This document shows, in pieces, positions 15,228 to 22,965 of a stretch of DNA of 22,965 bases. The position numbers and the translations under genes were made by a program. Source of the stretch: a bacterium (GTDB lineage: Bacteria > Zhuqueibacterota > Zhuqueibacteria > Oceanimicrobiales > Oceanimicrobiaceae); NCBI GenBank assembly GCA_046758365.1, contig JBHIAC010000034.1, positions 1 to 22,965 on the forward strand. Reading direction: 5' to 3'. A model generated the notes under the pieces. The model worked only from the letters and a program-made list of their open reading frames with translations. It had not been told where the DNA came from and did not search any database. The number at the start of each line of letters is the position of its first letter. Position 1 is the first letter of the stretch.

Positions 15228-18008
15228 ATGAAAGTGAATTATGCAAAATCAAAGTTTAGGGGGGTTTGTTTAGTTGTAACTATCCTAGTATTGTTGGTAG
15301 GCTTGATGCTTAATCCCGCCGAGCTTAGGGCTCAGTATGGACGTATTACTGGGCGGGTTACAGAAGCAGAGACCGGGACTGAATTGCCTGGTGCGAATGT
15401 CATGCTGATGGGCACGACAATAGGAGATGCCACGGATGCCGACGGACGTTACTTACTTACCCGTGTTCCCACAGGAACGTACAATCTTCAGGTTTCGTAC
15501 CTCGGGTATGAAACGCAGACAGCGGAAGTCAAGGTAGAAAGGGGCTTAACCCTCACCCAGAATTTCTCACTCACCGGGATAGCCCTAACTGCCGAAGAGA
15601 TTATCGTGTTGGGTGTTCGAGCAAAAGGCCAAGCACGGGCCCTAAACCAACAAATGAATGCCATCAATATCAAAAACATCGTGGCTTCGGATCAGATGGG
15701 ACGCTTTCCAGATTCGAATGCGCCTGAGGCAGTGCAGCGCATCCCGGGGGTTGCTGTGCAGCGTGATATGGGAGAAGGGCGTTATATTCTTATCCGCGGG
15801 GGAGCGCCTCAGATGACTCAAGTGACCTTTAACGGCGAACGCGTTCCTTCTCCAGAAGGCAGTATTAGGCAGATTGCGCTGGACGCCGTGCCGGTGGATA
15901 TCTTAGAGTCTATAGAGGTATCGAAAGCGATTACTCCGGATATGGATGCTGAGTCCATAGGGGGAGCGGTCGAGCTCGTGACAAAACGAGCTCCAGATAA
16001 ACCGATGTTCAGCGTTGAAGGTGCTGGTGGATATTCTTCAATCCGTGAGAATCTCGCGGGTAGTGGCTCGGTTACCTACGGAAACCGCATCACCGATGGC
16101 AGATTTGGTTATCTTCTGTCCGGTTCGTGGAGCCGACGAGATTTCGGCTCCGATGATCTGGAACCCGAGTACGAGATCAACGACCCGGGCCTTGATGATG
16201 ACCAATTGGACGAACTTCAGGTACGGCATTACTCCCTCTTCCGTCAACGTCAAGGTGCTACGGCTATGCTGGATTACCGGCTCAAAGAAAACTCATCGCT
16301 GTTTCTCTCAGGTGTCTATTCTGAGCTTATTGATGACGAACAGCGCCGACGGTTTCGTCACCGGCCAGGAAAAGGAGACTACCAGCCCGATGGCAGTGTA
16401 ACCGATGCACGAATCGTTCTACAGCACAAAACCCGGCAAGAGAAGCTTCGAACAATTAATATCACGGCCGGTGGAGATCATGTCCTCCAGCGTGGTCTTG
16501 AATTGGATTATCACTTAACCGTAGCGCATTCGCAAGAAGATACACCAAGGGACACAGAAATCGAATTTGTGCAGAAGGGTGTAACTTTTAAACCAGATAT
16601 CAGTGATCCAGACAACATTCGAGCCAATCCGCAGGGTGGCGCAATTGAAGGAAAATACAAGTTCGACAATATCGAGCCGGCTTCAAGCCTCACTACGAAT
16701 AGGGATATTGTTGCAGCCCTGAACCTTACGTTCCCCTATCGGTTTGGGAGTCAGGCGGTCGGGAAATTCAAAATTGGTGGAAAGTTTCGCGACAAGAACA
16801 AAGATCAGGATGTGACCGAAAATGCCTTCGAACTCACTGATGACGCCGAAGATATCATTCTTGGACAAGGAATCGGTATACCGTTTAGCAATGTGGGGTA
16901 CAACCCCGGCAATTATCCATACCCTTCAATAGTAACAAGCGAACAAGACGTGCTGGACTTCGTCAAAAATAATCGATCCTCCCTGGAAGGGGGACATGTC
17001 ACCGAAGAAGACGTGGGTGACTTTGACGTGACGGAACGAACTATGGCCCTCTATGCGATGACGGAAATAAACTTCACACCGAAATTCATGTTGCTTCCGG
17101 GAGTTCGATTCGAGCGGACAACCCTAGATGCTGAATCGTGGGAGTACGATAATGAAACCGATACCGTGTCCCCTAAGAAGGACGAGGGGAGCTACAACAA
17201 ATTCTTCCCAATGGTGCATGTGCGGTACAGAGTTACACCCAGAACGAATATCCGCGCGGCCTTTACCACTGCCTTATCACGTCCGAATTTCGGAGATCTG
17301 GTTCCCTTCGTAATCCGGGATGACGAGGATCGAATCTTAGGGAATCCCGAACTCAAGCCCACCACATCCTTGAATCTCGATCTCATATTTGAACACTATG
17401 ACCGGTTGATTGGAGTAATTTCGGCCGGAGTGTTCTACAAGCGGATCACCGATCCCATATTCGTATTTTCGGAAGACAATGAGTTCGGAGGAATAACAAG
17501 CCAGCCCAGAAATGGAGAGGCCGGCAATATTAGAGGAATCGAAGTGGCTCTTCAGAGACAACTCAGGTTTCTCCCCAAGCCGTTCGACGGACTCGGAATC
17601 TATGGTAACTATACCTACACAACCTCCGAAGCCACGTTGGCAGGCGGACGAAAAACACCACTGCCGGGGCAAGCTGATCATGTCTTTAATGCAGCTTTGA
17701 GCTACGAGAAAGGCGGCTTTTCGAGTCAGATAAGTCTCAACTATCACGATGACTATATTGAAGAGTTCGGCGGTGACATCGGTGGCGCCGCTTCCTTTCG
17801 TGAACGTGAAGAAGATGTTTTCATTGATCGACACCTCCAATTGGACTTAACGGCGAGTTACCAGTTTAGACCAAACTTCGCCGTGTTTATGGAGTTGGTA
17901 AATATTACAAACGAGCCTTTCCAACTTTACCAGTCGACGCGGAAACGACCGCGCCAAATGGAGTACTATGAGACTTGGGGACGGTTCGGGCTAAGGTTCC
18001 GAATGTAA
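15228..18008 (+). CDS. TonB-dependent receptor with N-terminal carboxypeptidase-regulatory-like domain
   Basis: Signal peptide ending LRA|Q, GRITGRVTEAETGTELPGANV, plug FPDSNAPEAVQRIPGV...IEVSKAITPDMDAESIGG, barrel GNPELKP, C-terminal strand GRFGLRFRM. ATG 15228 follows SD GGAGGTG; the track's GTG 15219 lies within the SD. Confidence 0.95.
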   Translation: MKVNYAKSKFRGVCLVVTILVLLVGLMLNPAELRAQYGRITGRVTEAETGTELPGANVMLMGTTIGDATDADGRYLLTRVPTGTYNLQVSYLGYETQTAEVKVERGLTLTQNFSLTGIALTAEEIIVLGVRAKGQARALNQQMNAINIKNIVASDQMGRFPDSNAPEAVQRIPGVAVQRDMGEGRYILIRGGAPQMTQVTFNGERVPSPEGSIRQIALDAVPVDILESIEVSKAITPDMDAESIGGAVELVTKRAPDKPMFSVEGAGGYSSIRENLAGSGSVTYGNRITDGRFGYLLSGSWSRRDFGSDDLEPEYEINDPGLDDDQLDELQVRHYSLFRQRQGATAMLDYRLKENSSLFLSGVYSELIDDEQRRRFRHRPGKGDYQPDGSVTDARIVLQHKTRQEKLRTINITAGGDHVLQRGLELDYHLTVAHSQEDTPRDTEIEFVQKGVTFKPDISDPDNIRANPQGGAIEGKYKFDNIEPASSLTTNRDIVAALNLTFPYRFGSQAVGKFKIGGKFRDKNKDQDVTENAFELTDDAEDIILGQGIGIPFSNVGYNPGNYPYPSIVTSEQDVLDFVKNNRSSLEGGHVTEEDVGDFDVTERTMALYAMTEINFTPKFMLLPGVRFERTTLDAESWEYDNETDTVSPKKDEGSYNKFFPMVHVRYRVTPRTNIRAAFTTALSRPNFGDLVPFVIRDDEDRILGNPELKPTTSLNLDLIFEHYDRLIGVISAGVFYKRITDPIFVFSEDNEFGGITSQPRNGEAGNIRGIEVALQRQLRFLPKPFDGLGIYGNYTYTTSEATLAGGRKTPLPGQADHVFNAALSYEKGGFSSQISLNYHDDYIEEFGGDIGGAASFREREEDVFIDRHLQLDLTASYQFRPNFAVFMELVNITNEPFQLYQSTRKRPRQMEYYETWGRFGLRFRM

Positions 18009-18046
18009 ATAACTTTCTACATTCTTATCTCGCGCTGATCAGGAAC

Positions 18047-18080
18047 ACAGGTGCCGGGCGATGCATCGTCCGGCACCTGT
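18047..18080 (+). terminator. Strong GC-rich hairpin after the TBDR gene (terminator or 3' stabiliser)
   Basis: ACAGGTGCCGGGCGATG/CATCGTCCGGCACCTGT, 34-bp near-perfect palindrome with one G-U; weak U tract. Confidence 0.7.
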
Positions 18081-18221
18081 TGTCTGTGAGATCATAATTA
18101 TGATCCCGCATCGCGGTTTTCCTGTGGTTATTCATCCACTTTTTGAATTAAGGTTATATGGTCAAGGTACTTAATTTGGATCAATTTCACTACGACTACC
18201 TGACTTGATTCTCAAAATATT

Positions 18222-19622
18222 ATGATGAGATCATTAAGCGTATATAAATTAACAACCTATTTAATCATCTTTACTGTATGCGCAAGTTGTTCTGAAAAAG
18301 GTGGCGATTTCGACTTCGACCCGAAATCAATCACAGATCCGTTTCGTTGGGATCGTGCCAGTGGACAAACTATCAGATTGCACCTGAATAAACATCCATT
18401 CTCTGAGTCACTCCTGCCTATGCTGGGTGAATTCACAGAATTGACCGGCATTCAGGTAGATTATAACATTCTATCGGAAGAGGAATACCGGGAGAAAATC
18501 ATTATTGAACTTTCCAGTGGCGTAGGCTCTATCGATGTCTTGATGACGGGCCCTTATACAACTTGGTCTTATGTAAGGGCTGATTGGTTGGAGCCGCTCG
18601 ATGATTATTTAACCAATCCTTCTTTGACGAATGAGGCGTATGATTTGGATGATTTTTTCCGTGCATTACTTAAGGCAAATCGATGGAATGGAAAACCAGG
18701 CTATCAGAACTATGGCCTGGGCAACCAATGGTCTATTCCTGTGCAGGTGGAGACCTATATTCTGGCCTATCGCAAAGATTGGGCTGAAGAACTGCATTTC
18801 AATCCACCAAAAACCTATCAAGAGTTTTATGACTTTGCCAGAGCAATGACTCAGAAAATCAAGGGTCGTCAGATGTTTGGTATTACCTCACGGGGTTTAG
18901 GTACCTGGCCGACCATTTCAACAGGCTTTATTAGTGGATTTGCCTCCTATGGATGTCGCGATTTTGATGCTAAAATGAACCCTATGATTAACACTTCAGA
19001 AGCGGTCGAGTTCACGAAACTTTGGGTCGAGACTATCAAAGCGTGCGGCCCATTAACTTGGACGAGTAATACTTGGTACGATGCAAAAGAGCAGTTTGAA
19101 TCAGGCCGTTATGGCATGATTCTCGATGCAGATTTTTTTGCCTCGAGTTATGAGAAACCAGAAAAATCTCGTGTGGCTGGCAAAGTGGGTTATGCTCTCC
19201 CACCTGCCGGTTCGGACGGAATGATACGTTCTAACATCTGGACTTGGGCTTTATCCATCAGCCGGCAAAGCCGTCATAAAATGGCCAGTTGGCTCTTTAT
19301 ACAATGGGCAACTTCTAAAGAGCAACTCTTATCGGCCACCCTTAAAGGAAATTGGAATCCACCCCGTAAATCGGTCTGGAATAACCAGATGGTAACAGAT
19401 ATTGTCAATCAATGGGGAAATTATCGACAAATTGTTGAAGAAAACTTGCAAAATCATGTTCAAGTATGCTGGACGCCACAGCCAGAGATCCCAGCAGTCG
19501 GGGATCGCTGGGCGCGAGCACTACAAGAAATATGGAGTGGCAAAGATGCCCAAAAAGCTTTGGATGCGGCGGCTGAGGATATTCGTCGAACCGTCGCAAG
19601 AGCAAGAATAAAAGAGAATTAA
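18222..19622 (+). CDS. Carbohydrate ABC transporter (CUT1) substrate-binding protein, probable lipoprotein
   Basis: Lipobox-like VCASC, EFTELTGIQV, WLEPLDDY, ILAYRKD, PPKTYQEF, WALSISRQSRHKMASWLFIQWAT. Confidence 0.92.
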   Translation: MMRSLSVYKLTTYLIIFTVCASCSEKGGDFDFDPKSITDPFRWDRASGQTIRLHLNKHPFSESLLPMLGEFTELTGIQVDYNILSEEEYREKIIIELSSGVGSIDVLMTGPYTTWSYVRADWLEPLDDYLTNPSLTNEAYDLDDFFRALLKANRWNGKPGYQNYGLGNQWSIPVQVETYILAYRKDWAEELHFNPPKTYQEFYDFARAMTQKIKGRQMFGITSRGLGTWPTISTGFISGFASYGCRDFDAKMNPMINTSEAVEFTKLWVETIKACGPLTWTSNTWYDAKEQFESGRYGMILDADFFASSYEKPEKSRVAGKVGYALPPAGSDGMIRSNIWTWALSISRQSRHKMASWLFIQWATSKEQLLSATLKGNWNPPRKSVWNNQMVTDIVNQWGNYRQIVEENLQNHVQVCWTPQPEIPAVGDRWARALQEIWSGKDAQKALDAAAEDIRRTVARARIKEN

Positions 19623-19741
19623 CGTTCTTAAGATTTAGGTTCTTGTGACAATTAGGAACAAATTCTTTTCACCCGACCTCTGTCGGAATGCCTTGAAGTA
19701 CTGGTCATAATAAATATTGAATCATGTAGGAAGGAGTGAAA

Positions 19742-21175
19742 ATGGTAAATTTTAAGAAAAGCCGTTTAGTTTTCACTTCCATTGGTTTGTTTATTCTGCT
19801 ATTTAGCGAAGAACCCATATTGTCGCAAAGCGACCAAGGGTACCCGCGATTGATGCAGGGGTCGATGCTCGGTGCGGTGACTGAAAACTCCATTAAGATT
19901 TGGGTGCGCACCTCCGGACCGTTTCCGGTTTCCATTGTCTATGGCACTGATCGCAATTTACAAAACTCACAAGAAACCGAGCCGATGAGGACTGAAAAAT
20001 CTAATGATTATGTGGCGGTGATTCCGGTAAAAGGACTTGTACCTGAAACACGCTATTTTTACAAAATTAAAGTCAACGGAGTTGATGATAAGTATCTAGG
20101 GAGATATTCTCCTTTTGAATTCAAAACCGCACCCTTACCTAGGGCAAAAACCAATTTTCGTATCGCCATTGGTTCGTGTGCCCGCTATCAATACGACCGC
20201 ACACAGCCGATCTGGCGGGCGGTTGCGCTGACAGCACCGGATTTGTTCTTTTGGTTGGGTGACAATATTTATGGCGATGCTTTGGACCCCGACATCTTGC
20301 GGGAAGAGTATCGGCGGCAAAGAGATGTACAGTCTCTCCAGCCACTGCTTCGAACCATTCCCCAATTGGCGATTTGGGACGACCATGATTTCGGCTTGAA
20401 TGATCATGACGTTACTAATCCTGTCAAGGAGGAGGCATTACAGGTGTTTAAACAATATTGGGCCAATCCCAGCTATGGCTTGCCGGAGGTTCCCGCGGTG
20501 TTCTTTCGCTATTCTTATGGCGCGGTGGACTTTTTCTTTCTGGATGTCAGATATCACCGCGATCCGAATAGACAAGCCGACAGTACTGGGAAAACCATGC
20601 TTGGCAAGCCACAGTTGCTCTGGTTAAAATCTGAATTGAAAAACAGCCGAGCCATATTTAAGGTGCTCATTTCCGGCAGCGGGTGGAGCACTGCAAAAGG
20701 GCCTGGCGGGGATTCCTGGGCCTCATTTTTATATGAAAGAAATGCCATTTTTGATTTCATAAGGGACAATAATATTACCGGGGTGGTGCTGCTTTCTGGC
20801 GATACACATGTCGGCGAATTAAACGTGATACCCTGGTCGGCACACGGCGGCTATGATTTCTACGAACTGGTCAGCTCACCGTTAGCCCAACCACCGGCGG
20901 ATTCCTGGATTGCTCGCCGCCCGGAAAGAAGAATTCGCCCGGTTTACTTTGTCAGCTCCAACTTCGGCATCATCGATTTCATTTTTGACGATTCTGCTAA
21001 GTTGATTTTTCAGCTAAAAGATGATGTCGGTCGAAACGTATGGCAGCCCTTTGAACTGAAAGCACAGGAACTTGTGAATGGTGTGCAATCCTGGCCTGAC
21101 AAGGTTGACCCTTTGGAAAACATAAGACACGAGAAGTATGAAAAGGGTGAAGGCTATTATGAACACAATGAATGA
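19742..21175 (+). CDS. PhoD-like alkaline phosphatase/phosphodiesterase, secreted
   Basis: N-terminal Ig-like domain, GSC, LGDNIYGD, WDDHDFGLND, LDVRYHR, MLGKPQLLWL, DSW, LSGDTH. ATG 19742 follows SD AAGGAG (track: GTG 19736). Confidence 0.92.
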   Translation: MVNFKKSRLVFTSIGLFILLFSEEPILSQSDQGYPRLMQGSMLGAVTENSIKIWVRTSGPFPVSIVYGTDRNLQNSQETEPMRTEKSNDYVAVIPVKGLVPETRYFYKIKVNGVDDKYLGRYSPFEFKTAPLPRAKTNFRIAIGSCARYQYDRTQPIWRAVALTAPDLFFWLGDNIYGDALDPDILREEYRRQRDVQSLQPLLRTIPQLAIWDDHDFGLNDHDVTNPVKEEALQVFKQYWANPSYGLPEVPAVFFRYSYGAVDFFFLDVRYHRDPNRQADSTGKTMLGKPQLLWLKSELKNSRAIFKVLISGSGWSTAKGPGGDSWASFLYERNAIFDFIRDNNITGVVLLSGDTHVGELNVIPWSAHGGYDFYELVSSPLAQPPADSWIARRPERRIRPVYFVSSNFGIIDFIFDDSAKLIFQLKDDVGRNVWQPFELKAQELVNGVQSWPDKVDPLENIRHEKYEKGEGYYEHNE

Positions 21176-21295
21176 ACTCAGATCAACAAAGGATCAGTTC
21201 AGTCGAACCTATTAAACCTCAAACAGAAAAAAAGTTAGATCGGTCAACGAAAGCGTTGGTCGCATAAGGGAAACGTTGAAGATATTAAACCTGCT

Positions 21296-22201
21296 ATGGT
21301 TGCTCAAACCCATACAGAACTCAGGAAATGGCCCTGGCAGCATCGCTTTCTACCTTATCTCATTGTACTGCCGGCGCTGATATTGACGATTGGCATCCTT
21401 TACCCATTTTTTCTGGCAGTCTATTACAGTTTGACAGATTATCGTCTGGTTTCTCCTGTGCGCCATTTTATTGGTATAACCAACTATCTAGATCTAATTA
21501 AAGAGTTCAATTTTTGGCGCTCTTTATCGCTTACTATCACGTATGCAACCCTTACTATTTTGGTAGAGGTGCCGCTGGGCCTCGGTTTAGCCATGTTGCT
21601 CAATCAAGAAGTAAAGGGTATCCGCCTTTTCCGATTTATTTTAATTATTCCCCTGATGATGCCGCCAGTAGTAGCTGCGCTGATGTGGAAAATTATTATG
21701 GCAGAAAATGGGATCCTGAACTACTTTTTGGTGTTGATCGGATCGACGCCCGTGGCTTGGCTGGCCAATATCTACTCGCTTCTTTCCATTGTTTTGATTG
21801 ATGCGTGGATCTATACACCCTTTTGTGCGATTATTCTCCTTGCTGGATTACAGGCTCTACCAAAAGAACCGTTCGAGTCGTCACAGGTAGATGGTGCTTC
21901 CGCCTTTTTCAATTTCCGTCGTTTGACATTGCCCATGTTAAAGCCATTTTTAATTCTGACTATTTTGTTTCGAACGATGGATTCGCTCAAAATGTTCGAT
22001 GTTATTTATGCAACCACGAAGGGGTCTCACTCGACCATGCTCATACAGCTAAATGCCTATTATGAATCTTTTCGTTGGTACAACATGGGGAAAGCGCTTT
22101 CCTATATGATGGTTCTTTGGGTCATTATTTTTATTATTAGTCGATTCCTGGTAACTTGGTGGAAACGCTCCATGCAACGAGCAGCGGGTAAAGCGATTTA
22201 G
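21296..22201 (+). CDS. Carbohydrate ABC transporter permease (MalF/UgpA-type)
   Basis: FIGITNY, PLMMPPVV, EAA-loop variant LLAGLQALPKEPFESSQVDGAS, LTLPMLKP, FDVIYATTKG; about six hydrophobic segments. Confidence 0.95.
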   Translation: MVAQTHTELRKWPWQHRFLPYLIVLPALILTIGILYPFFLAVYYSLTDYRLVSPVRHFIGITNYLDLIKEFNFWRSLSLTITYATLTILVEVPLGLGLAMLLNQEVKGIRLFRFILIIPLMMPPVVAALMWKIIMAENGILNYFLVLIGSTPVAWLANIYSLLSIVLIDAWIYTPFCAIILLAGLQALPKEPFESSQVDGASAFFNFRRLTLPMLKPFLILTILFRTMDSLKMFDVIYATTKGSHSTMLIQLNAYYESFRWYNMGKALSYMMVLWVIIFIISRFLVTWWKRSMQRAAGKAI

Positions 22202-22268
22202 GGGTAAGAAAGAATAACTGTAACTATTCAGGTACATATTGGAAGGCAAAACTATTTAGGGCAAAACA

Positions 22269-22338
22269 ATTCACCCCGTGAGATAAAGAGAGACAAACCA
22301 GTTTGGAACGTGTCTCAACATTATCTCACGGGGTGAAT
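22269..22338. repeat. 70-bp hairpin element with perfect 18-bp inverted repeats
   Basis: ATTCACCCCGTGAGATAA (22269-22286) / TTATCTCACGGGGTGAAT (22321-22338); inner GAGACA/TGTCTC stem. Confidence 0.85.
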
Positions 22339-22360
22339 CTCAAAATGCGGTGTGGAAGAA

Positions 22361-22965
22361 ATGCCTATTAAGCTTGGTGTTCAGACTAAACCAATCTCCT
22401 ATGATAATTTTCATTCGCTTGATTATGAAGTGATGGGGATCGTTTTCTCAATTCACCGAGACTTAGGGAGGTTTTGGAACGAGAAGATTTACCAAAACGA
22501 ACTTGCTTATCGTTGTCAAAAGGCCGGATTCGAGAATGTTGCTACCGAGGTTCCGATACATGTGTCCTACGAGGATTTCATCAAGATTTACAAAATCGAT
22601 CTGTTGATCAATAACGCCATCTATGAGCTAAAAACGACACACATTCTCATTGGCGAACATGAAAAGCAAACGATTAACTATCTCATGTTAAGCGGACTGA
22701 ATCATGCCAAGCTTATCAATATGCGGCCATCGTCGGTTCAACATCGCTTTGTATCGACAAATATAACACAAGAGAAGCGTTATGATTTCACAGTTGATGA
22801 AGAACAATGGCGAGAGCTTGATGAAGGCAGCATTTGGCTCAAGCGAATGTTTAAGAGCCTTTTAGATGAATGGGGCGTGTTTCTAGAGGTCAATCTGTTC
22901 TATGACGCGATTGTACATTTTCGTGGCGGCGAAGAGAATATTTTAAAAGAGATCAACGTCAGGGA
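22361..22965 (+). CDS. GxxExxY-family PD-(D/E)XK nuclease-like protein, 3'-partial (not in ORF track)
   Basis: Hand translation from ATG 22361: MPIKLGVQTKPISYDNFHSLDYEVMGIVFSIHRDLGRFWNEKIYQNELAY...EVPIHVSY...KIDLLINNAIYELKTT...HEKQTINYLMLSGLNHAKLINM...; open to the window end. Confidence 0.88.
   Translation, partial: MPIKLGVQTKPISYDNFHSLDYEVMGIVFSIHRDLGRFWNEKIYQNELAYRCQKAGFENVATEVPIHVSYEDFIKIYKIDLLINNAIYELKTTHILIGEHEKQTINYLMLSGLNHAKLINMRPSSVQHRFVSTNITQEKRYDFTVDEEQWRELDEGSIWLKRMFKSLLDEWGVFLEVNLFYDAIVHFRGGEENILKEINVR

Noticed and set aside
14325..22249. Short overlapping ORFs inside ROK, TBDR, SBP, PhoD and permease (including the 167-aa 17337-17840 minus-strand ORF)
   Set aside because: Expected by-products of higher-GC coding sequence; no domain signatures.

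Overview
Bacterial chromosomal window with two parts; gene content and order suggest a diderm from an FCB-related lineage (inference only). 1-12524 is an AT-rich housekeeping block on the + strand: 3' end of a 2-oxoacid dehydrogenase E2, lipA, tRNA-Val(GAC), thrS-infC-rpmI-rplT-pheS-pheT, zapB-like, zapA, rny, ymdB-like, folD and tRNA-Arg(CCG). Oddities there: infC starts at an ATT missed by the ORF track, RNase Y has lost three normally conserved HD-domain histidines, and the folD stop codon lies inside the tRNA-Arg gene. 12525-22965 is accessory: two small minus-strand ORFs (zinc-ribbon-like and degenerate GIY-YIG-like), a nested MITE/REP-type palindromic element, then a ROK-repressor locus with an XylR-type 25-bp operator, TonB-dependent receptor, CUT1 sugar-binding lipoprotein, PhoD phosphatase and ABC permease. 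This is a candidate phosphorylated-sugar/inositol-phosphate uptake system. It is followed, where the second permease would be expected, by a hairpin element and a long GxxExxY PD-(D/E)XK gene running off the window.
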